64,000 nucleotides of DNA from an uncultured Mycoplasma sp. (GCA_945947035.1 CAMEXD010000003.1:19760-83759), one strand, 5' to 3'; numbered from the stretch's first letter, positions 37,939 through 48,122 are shown. The notes: generated from the sequence alone by a model not told the origin. Program-made: numbers and translations.

Positions 37939-38895
37939 ATGAAAGAATTTAAAACAATTGATGATCAAGTTAATTTATTAAAATCAAGAAATATCATATT
38001 TAATGATGAACAAAATAATAAACAACTATTATTACATAATAACTATTATAATATTATAAATGGATATAAAGATTTATTTTTAGATAATAATAACCTACCA
38101 AATTATAAAAATGGAACTAATTTTGAAGAAATATATTCTCTTTATGAATTTGATAGACAATTAAGAAATATATTTTTGGAATATATTTTAAAAATTGAAA
38201 ATTCATTAAGAGCTTTGGTTGCCTATTATTTTTCTAAAGAACACGGAAATGATAATTATTTAAAATTAGATAATTTTGAAACATATAAAAATACTTTTGC
38301 AAGTAAAGATACAAAGCAAAAGCAAATTAAACACATTCAAATTCTTATTGGAAATATTAATAAAAATATTGCTCAAAACATTGAAACTAAATATATTAAT
38401 CATTATATGACATATCACGGTTTTTTACCTTTATGGGTATTAGTTAATATATTGTCATTTGGAGATATATGTAATTTCTATAAATTAATGCAGCAAAAAG
38501 AAAGAATTGAAGTATCAAAAGCATTTAATATTAGTGAAAATGATTTATATAGTTTATTAAATATTTTATGTAAAGCAAGAAATTTATGTGCTCATGATGA
38601 AAGATTGTATAATTATAAATTTCAAACATCTACAAGTATAAATGATACTAAGTATCATTCTATGTTAAATTTATCAAAAATAAACAATAGATATAGTATT
38701 GGTAAAAATGATTTATTTGCTGTTGTTATAGCATTAAAACTATTATTAAATAAAGAAGATTATGATAAATTTCACCATAAATTATTCAGTAGAATTATGA
38801 GTATTAAATCTAAATTAAAAACTATAACTTTAGATGATATCTTAAAGTCAATGAACTTTCCTAAAAATTGGCACGATATATCAAAAATGTCCTAA
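37939..38895 (+). CDS. Abi family (Abi_2, AbiD/AbiF-like) abortive-infection protein
   Basis: 318 aa with the typical Abi_2 features NNYYNIINGYKDLF...YFS...LPLWVLVNILSFGD...ARNLCAHDERLYN. Confidence 0.85.
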   Translation: MKEFKTIDDQVNLLKSRNIIFNDEQNNKQLLLHNNYYNIINGYKDLFLDNNNLPNYKNGTNFEEIYSLYEFDRQLRNIFLEYILKIENSLRALVAYYFSKEHGNDNYLKLDNFETYKNTFASKDTKQKQIKHIQILIGNINKNIAQNIETKYINHYMTYHGFLPLWVLVNILSFGDICNFYKLMQQKERIEVSKAFNISENDLYSLLNILCKARNLCAHDERLYNYKFQTSTSINDTKYHSMLNLSKINNRYSIGKNDLFAVVIALKLLLNKEDYDKFHHKLFSRIMSIKSKLKTITLDDILKSMNFPKNWHDISKMS

Positions 38896-38919
38896 GTCCA
38901 CACGGGATACTTAGGATCA
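38889..38919 (+). repeat. Right copy (reverse complement) of the 31-bp structured inverted repeat; contains the abi stop codon
   Basis: GTCCTAAGTCCACACGGGATACTTAGGATCA with stem TCCTAAG/CTTAGGA. The 15-mer GTCCACACGGGATAC is the exact complement of 37907..37921. Confidence 0.9.
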
Positions 38920-39017
38920 ATATTATTATATGTAATAAATATAAATTTATCAAAAAATAATACATTGCTTGTTTTTTGATATTTTTTTGGACCAAGGAGG
39001 TTTTTTATAATAAAAAA

Positions 39018-39035
39018 ACTCTTCATTTCAAGAGT
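39018..39035 (-). terminator. Terminator downstream of the tRNA pair
   Basis: ACTCTTGAAATGAAGAGT on the minus strand, followed by T7. Confidence 0.7.
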
Positions 39036-39047
39036 AATTTTAAATAA

Positions 39048-39124
39048 TGGTCGGGAAGACAGGATTTGAACCTGCAACCCCTTGGTCCCAAACCAAGTGC
39101 TCTGCCAAGTTGAGCCACTTCCCG
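39048..39124 (-). tRNA. tRNA-Pro (anticodon UGG), CCA encoded
   Basis: Folded by hand: acceptor CGGGAAG/CTTCCCG, anticodon arm CTTGG-TTTGGGA-CCAAG, T-loop TTCAAAT. Confidence 0.9.
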
Positions 39125-39129
39125 ATAAA

Positions 39130-39206
39130 TGGTGTCCTGGGAGGGAATCGAACCCCCAACCGATGCCTTAGAAGGGCATTGCTCTATCCAATTGAGCTAC
39201 CAGGAC
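39130..39206 (-). tRNA. tRNA-Arg (anticodon UCU), CCA encoded
   Basis: Acceptor GTCCTGG/CCAGGAC, anticodon arm ATGCC-CTTCTAA-GGCAT, T-loop TTCGATT. Confidence 0.9.
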
Positions 39207-39240
39207 ACAATTTTTTTTGCATTAACTTGAATGCTCTTTG

Positions 39241-39269
39241 ATTATACAACATATTTTACAATTATTCAA
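39241..39269 (-). promoter_or_regulatory. Promoter of the tRNA-Arg/tRNA-Pro operon
   Basis: Minus strand TTGAAT-N17-TATAAT, about 35 nt upstream of tRNA-Arg. Confidence 0.55.
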
Positions 39270-40203
39270 GATTTTTTCGCAATTTTTCTGAAATTTTGTT
39301 ATTATTTTCCATAAAAACCACTTTAGAAACATCATAATTATCAAAAACAGAATATGAAATAATATCAATTAAATCCTCATTTACTGTTTTTTCTTCCAAA
39401 TTATCATATATAAAATCATTAAATTTTAAAGTTAAAGTATCATTATCCATTTCATAATCTTCAAGCTTTAAATTATATGATAAAACAGAGATTAAATTAT
39501 CATAGAAAATATAATTATTTGATAGACTCTCAACAATAATTTCAATTTTTTCTCTATCATCATTAACATATTTAGTTATAGGAATTAAATTATCTTCTTC
39601 TCCTAAAAAGTATAAAACAATTTTACTAATATTATTATTGCTTGTTATTTCATACTTTTTATTAATACCAATATCTCTTGTAAGTATAGTAGGAATATTT
39701 TTCATATTAGAAACATATTTTAAAAGCTCACCTTCAACATATATTTCAACTCCATTTATATCATCTATTTCAGTTAAAGTATAAGTTATTGCTTCGATCA
39801 TTTTTTCAAGTTGTGAATCACTTACATTTAAAAACTCACTAGAAAAATTTATTTTTATAATTTTATTTTCAAGTTCTACACTTAATACTTTAGTATTTTG
39901 AGGAAGTATTGGTTTAAAATAACTAGGAAGAAGTGCATTTTTATTATTTTTTTCAATCATAACATCAAGTAAAGTTTTTACTTTTTCTAAACTTGTCATT
40001 TCTTTTGAAACATAAATATATCCTTTACTAACATAATTATCTTCATTAAGAGTATATATTACTTCTTTTTTAGCATTAGTGTAATCTTCTATTTTATATA
40101 TATTTTTATCTTCTTTTATTAAATTCAAACTGACAAATGTAAATACAATAAAAATGGCTATACTTGATATAAAAATTCTATTTAAAGCTTTTTTCTTAAT
40201 CAT
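39262..40203 (-). CDS. GerMN-domain (GerM-like) sporulation/germination lipoprotein-like protein
   Basis: N-terminal anchor and two repeats of the GerMN-type pattern (LLPSYFKPILPQNTKVLSVELENKIIKINFSSEF). Confidence 0.6.
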   Translation of the reverse strand: MIKKKALNRIFISSIAIFIVFTFVSLNLIKEDKNIYKIEDYTNAKKEVIYTLNEDNYVSKGYIYVSKEMTSLEKVKTLLDVMIEKNNKNALLPSYFKPILPQNTKVLSVELENKIIKINFSSEFLNVSDSQLEKMIEAITYTLTEIDDINGVEIYVEGELLKYVSNMKNIPTILTRDIGINKKYEITSNNNISKIVLYFLGEEDNLIPITKYVNDDREKIEIIVESLSNNYIFYDNLISVLSYNLKLEDYEMDNDTLTLKFNDFIYDNLEEKTVNEDLIDIISYSVFDNYDVSKVVFMENNNKISEKLRKNLE

Positions 40204-40252
40204 TACCTTCACCTTTTAAATATTATGAAAAAACATGTGACTTTATCACATG

Positions 40253-40459
40253 TTATAGAGATATTTCCTTTAATTTTAAAAGTTCAACTACTGCTCCAGC
40301 ACGACCTTTTACTCCTAATTTTTGCATAGCATTTGAAATATGATTTCTAACAGTTTTTTCACTAATATCTAATTCTTGTGCAATTTCTTTAGTAGTTTTA
40401 TTTAAAATTAATAATTCAAAAACTTCTTTTTCTCTTCTTGTAAGAATTGATTTACTCAA
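40253..40459 (-). CDS. gerE: LuxR/GerE-family small transcriptional regulator
   Basis: 68 aa consisting of HTH only: LTRREKEVFELL...KTTKEIAQELDISEKTVRNHISNAMQKLGV. Confidence 0.8.
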   Translation of the reverse strand: MSKSILTRREKEVFELLILNKTTKEIAQELDISEKTVRNHISNAMQKLGVKGRAGAVVELLKLKEISL

Positions 40460-40550
40460 AATTTATTCCCTCACTTTCAAATTCGGGTGGCTTTATATTA
40501 TTCATAATATAATATGAAATTTTTATTTATTTGTGAGAGAATATTGCCTA

Positions 40551-41039
40551 TTAGCTTTTAAATTCTACGGATATTGTTTTTTTAGTATCATAATTTTCTT
40601 GAATAAATCTCATAATTTTATTTGCTAAAGAGGCATCATGACTATCTTTTATTATGACAACTTTTATATCATCTTGTTTTATCTTTACAAAAGAATCAAG
40701 CTTAAATTCTTTTTTGATATTATTTTGTAGCAATTCTTCTTCACTAGTTAATTCTGTTAAATTCTTTATTTGTAAATAAGCATTATTTTTTTCTTCACTT
40801 GTAGTTGTACTACTATTTAATATTTGTTCATATTCTTTTTTTAATGTTGTTCTTTCTTCTTGTTTTTCTTGTTTTAATGCTGTTAGATATTCATTTTCTA
40901 ATACTTCAATTGTTGCTTGTACTTCATCATTTTCTTCTTTATTTACAATTACATCACTTGGCATAGTAACATAATATACTCCAAGTACTAAAACTAAACT
41001 AAAAAGTGTTAAAAACCATAGATTTTGCTTTTTAATCAT
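40551..41039 (-). CDS. spoIIIAH: SpoIIIAH-like stage III sporulation protein
   Basis: N-terminus MIKKQNLWFLTLFSLVLVLGVYYV matches the SpoIIIAH signature. Size and position next to efp agree. Confidence 0.65.
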   Translation of the reverse strand: MIKKQNLWFLTLFSLVLVLGVYYVTMPSDVIVNKEENDEVQATIEVLENEYLTALKQEKQEERTTLKKEYEQILNSSTTTSEEKNNAYLQIKNLTELTSEEELLQNNIKKEFKLDSFVKIKQDDIKVVIIKDSHDASLANKIMRFIQENYDTKKTISVEFKS

Positions 41040-41102
41040 AAAAGATTCCTCCCCTTTAACTATATTTTAAAAAATAGTTTTTTATTACAAAAAAAATAGA
41101 GC

Positions 41103-41660
41103 TTATGCTCTACTTACATATTTACCATCTTTAGTTGAAACAATAACCTTTTCTCCTTCATTAACAAATAAAGGAATACGGATTTGCATACCAGTTTCAA
41201 GTGTTGCATCCTTTGTTGCTGTACTTGTTGTATTTCCTTTAACTCCAGGTTCTGTTTTAACAACTTCCATTTCAATTTTATCTGGAAGATTAAGTCCTAA
41301 CATTTCGCCTTCAAAGAAAACGATTTCAACATCAAGATTTTCTTTTAAGAATTTAGTATCTGATCCAATCTTTGAACTATTGATTTCAACTTGTGAATAA
41401 TCAGTCATATTCATGAATACATAATCTTCTCCAGATTTGTATAAAAATTGCATTGGTTTTTTTTCAATTCTTGCAAGTTCAACTTTGGTAGCAGAATTAA
41501 ATGTGTGTTCAATTGTAGAACCACTTCTTAAATCTTTCATTTTAGTTCTAACAAAAGCAGCACCTTTACCAGGTTTTACGTGTTGAAATTCTATTATTGT
41601 ATATAGATTTCCTTCAAATCTAATTGTCATGCCTGTTTTAAAATCATTTACGTTTATCAT
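41103..41660 (-). CDS. efp: Elongation factor P
   Basis: 185 aa, MINVNDFKTGMTIRFEGNLYTIIEFQHVKPGKGAAFVRTKMKDL. Confidence 0.97.
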   Translation of the reverse strand: MINVNDFKTGMTIRFEGNLYTIIEFQHVKPGKGAAFVRTKMKDLRSGSTIEHTFNSATKVELARIEKKPMQFLYKSGEDYVFMNMTDYSQVEINSSKIGSDTKFLKENLDVEIVFFEGEMLGLNLPDKIEMEVVKTEPGVKGNTTSTATKDATLETGMQIRIPLFVNEGEKVIVSTKDGKYVSRA

Positions 41661-41681
41661 AATATCACCACTTTACTATTA

Positions 41682-41846
41682 TTATTTTTCTTCTTTATGT
41701 ACTGTATGTTTATTGCATCTAGGACAATGTTTTTTAATTTCTAAACGTTCTGTTGTAGTTTTAACGTTTTTTTCAGTACGATAATTTTGTTCTTTACAAA
41801 CTGTACAAGTAAGTGTTTTTCCTTGTCTATGCTCTAATTTTGCCAT
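41682..41846 (-). CDS. rpmG: 50S ribosomal protein L33
   Basis: Not in the ORF track (54 aa). My translation is [54 protein letters not shown], preceded by AAGGAGGG. Confidence 0.9.
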   Translation of the reverse strand: MAKLEHRQGKTLTCTVCKEQNYRTEKNVKTTTERLEIKKHCPRCNKHTVHKEEK

Positions 41847-41954
41847 AATTTGCCCTCCTTCTTAAATAAACATTATAAATTTACCACAAAAAACGTTATA
41901 AGTCAAACATTTTAGTGATTTTAACCATATTATTAGTATTATTTATAGTATTTT

Positions 41955-43325
41955 TTAGTTTGCAACATTATGATGAATTACTTTTGTATCATAAGTTATT
42001 CGATCAAATGAATAACCATTATCCAAACCATACTTTATAATACATTCTAAAGCTTCAATATTAGATGTTTTAGAACTATAATCATGCATTAATACAACAT
42101 TAGTTCCTCTTCCCAATCTTTTTTTAACATTATCACAAGTTTTTTTAGCAGAATTTGTTGAAGTATCACTAGATCCTACATTCCAATCAAAATAAGTGTA
42201 TCCAAGTTTTTCTACTTCAGTTGTTAAGTAGCTCATAATACCTTCCTTATAATTTTTAGAAACAGTATTACTACTTCCCCCAGGAAATCTAATTATCATA
42301 CTTCTTTGTCCTGTTATATTATATACTTTATCAGATATTTTTTGTAAATCATTAAAATATGTATCAGCACTTTTATAAATACTATATTTATGAGTATAAG
42401 AATGAAGTCCTATAGTATGTCCTTCATCAAACTCTCTTTTTATTAAAGAATCATTATTAGTAGTTCCAATAACAAAAAAGGTTGCTTTAATATTATATTT
42501 TTTTAAAATATCTAAGATATAAGGTGTAACATCACTACTTGGTCCATCATCAAAAGTTAGATAAATAACAGAATCGGTATATAATTTTTTTTCTTTTACT
42601 GTTACTTTTCTTTTAGCAGTTGTTTTATTACCAGATGTATCAGTTACTTCATATGTCAAATTATAAACTCCTACATTTTTTGTATCGACACTACCCATTA
42701 CTTTAACCTCTTTAGTTAAATCTTCATCACAATTATCAAAAGCACTATATTTATCATCAAAACTATTTCCTTTATAAATTGTAACATCAGATCCTCCCGT
42801 TAAAGTTATTATAGGATTTTCTGTATCTTTTTTTATTAATTTTCGCTCCACTACTTTCTTATTACCTGATGTATCTAATACTTCATATATTTTAGTATCA
42901 TTATTAGTATAAGTTATAACCTTTAAATCACTTACTGCATCATAATTATCAGATACTTCATACCCTTCTTCAACATAAGTATCATAACTACATACATAAC
43001 TTGGATTATTACCTTTTAAAGTTATTTCTGGACTTGTTGTATCAACAACTACTACATTTCTTTTTTTTGTTTTATTTTTATATTTATAAGTTACTTCATA
43101 AGTACCAAGTTTTTTATTATCTATATTATTATTAATAATTACATCTGATTTTTTTAAACCAATAAAATTATATCCATATTCTTTATAATTATCATTAACT
43201 TCTAGATAAATAGTTTTTTTATTTTTCAAAGTAAAAAAAGGATTAACAAAAAGATTTATTACTCCCAATAATACAATAACTAAAAAAACAAATAAAACTA
43301 TAAATAATACTTTTTTCTTTTTCAT
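41955..43325 (-). CDS. Polysaccharide deacetylase (NodB domain) with N-terminal Ig-like/DUF5011-type repeats
   Basis: Signal anchor, three repeats ending GNK..xxRKV.V, and a NodB motif LTFDDGPS...HSYTH. Confidence 0.8.
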   Translation of the reverse strand: MKKKKVLFIVLFVFLVIVLLGVINLFVNPFFTLKNKKTIYLEVNDNYKEYGYNFIGLKKSDVIINNNIDNKKLGTYEVTYKYKNKTKKRNVVVVDTTSPEITLKGNNPSYVCSYDTYVEEGYEVSDNYDAVSDLKVITYTNNDTKIYEVLDTSGNKKVVERKLIKKDTENPIITLTGGSDVTIYKGNSFDDKYSAFDNCDEDLTKEVKVMGSVDTKNVGVYNLTYEVTDTSGNKTTAKRKVTVKEKKLYTDSVIYLTFDDGPSSDVTPYILDILKKYNIKATFFVIGTTNNDSLIKREFDEGHTIGLHSYTHKYSIYKSADTYFNDLQKISDKVYNITGQRSMIIRFPGGSSNTVSKNYKEGIMSYLTTEVEKLGYTYFDWNVGSSDTSTNSAKKTCDNVKKRLGRGTNVVLMHDYSSKTSNIEALECIIKYGLDNGYSFDRITYDTKVIHHNVAN

Positions 43326-43360
43326 AACAACTACCACCACATACTAATTGTACCACTTAT

Positions 43361-44005
43361 TTATTTATGTTCATAAGATAACTTAATAATATTATATAAA
43401 TTGACATGTTTTTTATTAAAATCATTGTTTAAACTATCAATTAATCTTTTATAACATAGTTCTTTATTGTTATTTATTTTATTAAAATATTCAAAATAAA
43501 AGTAATTTAACTTATCAACTAAATTATTATCATATAATGTTTTAAATTCTTTTTCTAAGCTTGTTTTTATTAAAAATTCACTTCTTGTTAAACTATTATT
43601 ATTATTTTTTTTAGAATTTATAACTTCATAATTTATATTTGTTAAAGTAAGTCTATTACCTAATAAAAGAATTTCATCTTCTTCATCTAGTAATAATCTA
43701 GATATTAATTTATTTTTTCCATCTTTAGTAAATGAAACCCCAAGTACTAAATTTTCATCAGTAAATAAAGCTAAATATTTATATTCATCATTGTAATTAT
43801 CCTCTAATTTTGCTTTATCATACAATTTTTCTATGAATTCTTCTTCTACTTTTACATTATTTTTAATAAAATCATTCATTGTTTTACTACTTATTTTATA
43901 AAAAGGAATTTTTCTTATATATTTAATATTATCCTTTTCTTCCCATTCAAAAAATTCAACCAAAGTATCATTTAAATTTAAAACAACATCATAAACATAA
44001 ATCAT
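43361..44005 (-). CDS. Hypothetical protein
   Basis: ORF with a GAGGAGA RBS before MIYVYDVVLNLND. No family recognised. Confidence 0.55.
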   Translation of the reverse strand: MIYVYDVVLNLNDTLVEFFEWEEKDNIKYIRKIPFYKISSKTMNDFIKNNVKVEEEFIEKLYDKAKLEDNYNDEYKYLALFTDENLVLGVSFTKDGKNKLISRLLLDEEDEILLLGNRLTLTNINYEVINSKKNNNNSLTRSEFLIKTSLEKEFKTLYDNNLVDKLNYFYFEYFNKINNNKELCYKRLIDSLNNDFNKKHVNLYNIIKLSYEHK

Positions 44006-44159
44006 AATTTTTCTCCTCAAAACTAGTATATACAAAAAAATAATTTTTATATACTTTTATAATTTATTTGTTAAATTTATTTACATATGAATAAGATTTA
44101 ATAATTAAACTTGTTTTTATTTATTTGTTCTTATATAATTAAAAAGGAGGAAATTTTTT

Positions 44160-44981
44160 ATGGATTTTATTGAAATTTTAAAAGTTATTTTTTTGGGGTT
44201 AGTTGAAGGTATTACGGAATGGCTTCCTATTAGTAGTACTGGACATATGATTTTGGTTGATGAATTTTTAAAGTTAAATGTTAGTGAAAGTTTTATGGAA
44301 ATGTTTTTATATGTAATTCAATTAGGTGCTATTTTAGCAGTTGTTGTTTTATATTTTAATAGACTAAATCCATTATCACTAAAAAAATCAAAAGAGGAAA
44401 AGAAAGATACTTGGTCTTTATGGTTTAAAATTATAGTTGCTTGTATTCCTGCGGCTGTATTTGGTCTTTTACTTGATGATTTAGTTGATAAATATTTTTA
44501 TAATTATGTAGTAGTTGCTATTATGTTAATTGTTTATGGTATATTATTTATTGTTATTGAAAATAAATCAAAAAATAAAAGTTATAAGATAAATAGTTTA
44601 AATGAATTAACTTATAAAACTGCCTTTTCAATTGGACTTTTTCAAGTTTTATCAATAATACCAGGAACATCAAGAAGTGGTGCAACTATTCTTGGAGCAA
44701 GACTTATTGGTACTAAAAGAGATGTAGCAGCAGAATTTACTTTCTTTTTAGCTATTCCTGTTATGTTTGGGGTAAGTTTACTTAAGATATTAAAATTTGG
44801 TTTTGTCTTTACAAGTAATGAACTTATTATTTTATTAGTAGGTATGTTTGTTGCTTTTATTACATCAATATTTGCAATTAAATTTTTAGTAAGTTATGTT
44901 AAAAAACATGATTTTAAAGTATTTGGATATTATAGAATTGTACTTGGAATTATTGTTTTATTATACTTTTTAATTTTTTAG
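44160..44981 (+). CDS. uppP: Undecaprenyl-diphosphate phosphatase
   Basis: [17 protein letters not shown] and [10 protein letters not shown] motifs. Confidence 0.95.
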   Translation: MDFIEILKVIFLGLVEGITEWLPISSTGHMILVDEFLKLNVSESFMEMFLYVIQLGAILAVVVLYFNRLNPLSLKKSKEEKKDTWSLWFKIIVACIPAAVFGLLLDDLVDKYFYNYVVVAIMLIVYGILFIVIENKSKNKSYKINSLNELTYKTAFSIGLFQVLSIIPGTSRSGATILGARLIGTKRDVAAEFTFFLAIPVMFGVSLLKILKFGFVFTSNELIILLVGMFVAFITSIFAIKFLVSYVKKHDFKVFGYYRIVLGIIVLLYFLIF

Positions 44982-44991
44982 GGAGGATTTT

Positions 44992-45711
44992 ATGAATGAA
45001 GATTTAAAAATACCAAACCATGTAGGAATAATTTTAGATGGTAATGGCAGATGGGCAAAAATGCGTGGAAAGCCTAGAACCTATGGACATACAAAAGGTT
45101 TTACTAATCTTAAAAAACTTGCAAAACACGTATTCGATCGTGGTGTTAACGTATTAAGTGTTTATGCTTTTTCTACTGAAAACTTTAAAAGAAGTAAAGA
45201 AGAAGTTGATTTTTTAATGAATTTATTTGTTGATAAATTTCATGAATTAGAAAAAATAAATAATAAAAATGATATAAAAATCATTTTTTCTGGAATTAAA
45301 GATAAACCTTTACCAGATGATGTTTTAAAAGTTATTAAAGATATTGAAGAAAAAACTAAAAATAATAAACCATTTATCTTTAATATTTGTGTAAATTATG
45401 GTGGTAATTATGAAATAGTTGACGCTACCAAAAAGATTGCTAAAGAAGTTTTAGATAATAAATTAAGTATTAATGATATTAATGTTAATATGTTTAGTAA
45501 ATATTTATATAATGATTTACCTCCAGTTGATTTTTTAATTAGAACAAGTGGTGAACAAAGAGTAAGTAATTTTATGTTATATCAAATTGCTTATAGTGAA
45601 TTTTATTTTCCTGATACTTATTTTCCAGACTTTGATGAAAAAGAATTTGATAAAGCTCTTCTTGTTTATAATAAAAGAGATCGTAGGTTTGGAGAAATTA
45701 AAAATAATTAA
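44992..45711 (+). CDS. uppS: Isoprenyl transferase (undecaprenyl diphosphate synthase)
   Basis: HVGIILDGNGRWA...RTSGEQRVSNFMLYQIAYSEFYF. Confidence 0.95.
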   Translation: MNEDLKIPNHVGIILDGNGRWAKMRGKPRTYGHTKGFTNLKKLAKHVFDRGVNVLSVYAFSTENFKRSKEEVDFLMNLFVDKFHELEKINNKNDIKIIFSGIKDKPLPDDVLKVIKDIEEKTKNNKPFIFNICVNYGGNYEIVDATKKIAKEVLDNKLSINDINVNMFSKYLYNDLPPVDFLIRTSGEQRVSNFMLYQIAYSEFYFPDTYFPDFDEKEFDKALLVYNKRDRRFGEIKNN

Positions 45712-45791
45712 AAAGATTTTCAAAAACGAAAATCTTTTTTTAATAATCATAAATAAGTTATGTTATGAATTTTTTATTATATTAAATAAAT

Positions 45792-46904
45792 TTAATACAT
45801 TTCTTCCTTACTATATATCCTAAATAAATATTTTTTTATTTCATTGCTATTATTTCTTACTTTATTTTCTACTAAATCCCTTTCTAATCTATCAAAAATC
45901 TTTTTTAAAAAAGGACCTGGTTTTCTATTTAAAAGTTCACATATTTCTTCACTAGTTATTTTTATTTCACATCTTTCTTTTATTTGTAAACTTTCATACA
46001 TTTTTAAATGCTTTTTTTTATTTAATTTTTTTAAGTCACAAACTATACTTAAAATATAAGGACCATACTTATACATTATCATTGGATCTTTTATATTTTC
46101 ATTTAATAGTTCATTAACACCTTGCATTAGCTCTTTTTCAAGTTTTGTAAAAGGATAAGTATTTTTATTAGAAATAGTAGCCCACATACCTATAGTATCT
46201 TTAGTTAATAAAACATTAGAAATATCATGAAGTTCTAAAACATCTTCTAAACCCAATTCTTTTAAAAGTCTTACTCCATATTTTTTATTATCACTTGTAA
46301 ATATCTTATTTAATTCTTCTTTTTTTCTCTCATATGATAAATTTCTTAACAATTCTTTATTTTCTATAATGGCATTTTTTAGCTCATTATCTAACTTAAA
46401 ATTAAGGGTACATGAAAATCTTACTGCTCTTAACATTCTTAATGAATCTTCTTTCATTTTGAAATATGGGTCTCCTACACTTCTTATTATTTTTTTATGT
46501 ATATCCTTTCTACCATTTAACAAATCAATTATATTACCATCTTTATCCATACAGATAGTATTAATTGTAAAATCCCTTCTTACAATATCTTCTTCATAAG
46601 TATTAACATATTCAATAGATACTACTTTCCTATTATTTTTGTAACTTAATTCTTTTCTAAATGTTGTTATTTCAAATTTTAAATTATCTATATTTAAAAT
46701 AATATTACCATAATCAAGTAATGTTACTTTATAATCTTTAAAAATATCTAATAAATCCTTAGGAGTTGCATTTGTACAAATATCAATATCGATATTATTA
46801 TTTACTTGCTTTCTTAAATAATCTCTTACATAACCTCCAACTAGATAAGCTTTGAAATTATGTTCTTCTATTTTTTGTAAGATATTATATACTACCTTTT
46901 CCAT
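45792..46904 (-). CDS. cca: CCA tRNA nucleotidyltransferase / poly(A) polymerase family
   Basis: YLVGGYVRDYL...DIDICT...RRDFTIN. Confidence 0.85.
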   Translation of the reverse strand: MEKVVYNILQKIEEHNFKAYLVGGYVRDYLRKQVNNNIDIDICTNATPKDLLDIFKDYKVTLLDYGNIILNIDNLKFEITTFRKELSYKNNRKVVSIEYVNTYEEDIVRRDFTINTICMDKDGNIIDLLNGRKDIHKKIIRSVGDPYFKMKEDSLRMLRAVRFSCTLNFKLDNELKNAIIENKELLRNLSYERKKEELNKIFTSDNKKYGVRLLKELGLEDVLELHDISNVLLTKDTIGMWATISNKNTYPFTKLEKELMQGVNELLNENIKDPMIMYKYGPYILSIVCDLKKLNKKKHLKMYESLQIKERCEIKITSEEICELLNRKPGPFLKKIFDRLERDLVENKVRNNSNEIKKYLFRIYSKEEMY

Positions 46905-46941
46905 ATCTTAACCTCCATTAATAATTATAGCAGAAAAAGAA

Positions 46942-46960
46942 AAAAAGCCAAAGGCTTTTT
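46942..46960 (-). terminator. hup terminator
   Basis: AAAAAGCC-TTT-GGCTTTTT followed by a T-run on the minus strand. Confidence 0.75.
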
Positions 46961-47234
46961 ATCTGTTAACTGCTTCTTTTAATGCGTTTCCTGCTTTAAA
47001 TGTAACAGCATTTCTAGCAGCAATTTTAACTTCTGCTCCTGTTTGTGGATTTCTACCAGTTCTAGCTTCTCTTCTAGATACTGCGAAAGTTCCGAATCCA
47101 ACAAGTGGAATTCTATCTCCTTTTGCTAATGCATCAGTTAATACTTCAACTGTTGCATCAAGAGCTCTTAAAGCATCTGCTTTTGTAAGATTTGCTTTAT
47201 TTGCTACAGCTTCAACTAATTCTACTTTTTTCAT
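46959..47234 (-). CDS. hup: HU family DNA-binding protein
   Basis: 91 aa, GFGTFAVSRREARTGRNPQTG. Confidence 0.95.
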   Translation of the reverse strand: MKKVELVEAVANKANLTKADALRALDATVEVLTDALAKGDRIPLVGFGTFAVSRREARTGRNPQTGAEVKIAARNAVTFKAGNALKEAVNR

Positions 47235-47450
47235 TAAATATACCTCCCATAGAATTTATAACTAGTATAAACATCTTTTCTTAAAACATTTATGATGCTT
47301 ACATATATAAAGTATCACAAAATATATAATAAAATCAAGGGATTTTACTAATTTTTATAAAAATTAGACAGTATTTTTTTAAAAAAACACAATAAGTTTC
47401 GCTTTTTTTTAAAATTTATGTTATCCTTATATTATAAGGATGTGAATTAT

Positions 47451-48116
47451 ATGAAAAATAGTAAAAACTTATTGTATGTTATTATAACTATTTTATGTGT
47501 ATTATTAATTGTTGCAGTATCTTATGCTCTTTATATTTATAGTGCTACAGGTGAAGAAAATAAAATAAACACTGGTACAATTAACTTTAACTATATCGAA
47601 GATGACACAGCACTAAATATTGTAAATCCAAATCCTATTAGTGAAGATGATGCCAAAACTTCTTCAGATTACTTTGAATTTACAGTTTCATCAAGTGCTA
47701 CTGGTATAATAGATGTTGGATATTATATTTATTTAACAACAAATAGTTCTAACTCTACTTCACTAAATGATTATGTTAAAATATATTTAACTAAAGTAAA
47801 TAATGATGTTGAAGAAAGTGTTTTAGAACCAACTCTTGTTTCAAATTTAACTCCATTTAATGTTGATACTTTAGTTTATAATGCAGCTTCTTTTGATAAA
47901 TTAATCTATAGTAGTTACTATGCATTTAATAATGATAGTACTTTACAAAGTACAATATATCGTTTTAGAATGTGGGTTGATAGTTCTTATTTTGATAGTT
48001 CCTATAATATAACAGAAAACGATGGTCTACATGAAATTACTACAACTCAAGCATCATTTAAAATAACAATAAATGTAAAAGGTGTAAACGGAAGACCTAT
48101 TACAATAACACAATAA
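47451..48116 (+). CDS. Secreted hypothetical protein with a SipW-type (TasA/camelysin-like) signal region
   Basis: MKNSKNLLYVIITILCVLLIVAVSYALYIYSATGEENKINTGTINFNY resembles the xTxAyF-S/T...E...GT(L/I)(D/N) pattern of TasA/CalY precursors. Confidence 0.5.
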   Translation: MKNSKNLLYVIITILCVLLIVAVSYALYIYSATGEENKINTGTINFNYIEDDTALNIVNPNPISEDDAKTSSDYFEFTVSSSATGIIDVGYYIYLTTNSSNSTSLNDYVKIYLTKVNNDVEESVLEPTLVSNLTPFNVDTLVYNAASFDKLIYSSYYAFNNDSTLQSTIYRFRMWVDSSYFDSSYNITENDGLHEITTTQASFKITINVKGVNGRPITITQ

Positions 48117-48122
48117 TAAAAG

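Noticed and set aside
39047-39241. Track ORFs 39047..39241 (+) and 38892..39077 (-)
   Set aside because: They overlap the two tRNA genes and the terminator. The sequence folds into canonical cloverleaves, so the ORFs are spurious.
46959-47234. The HU gene looks more G+C-rich than its neighbours, considered as possible horizontal transfer
   Set aside because: The bias is typical of a highly expressed, Ala/Gly/Arg-rich small protein. There are no flanking mobility signatures.
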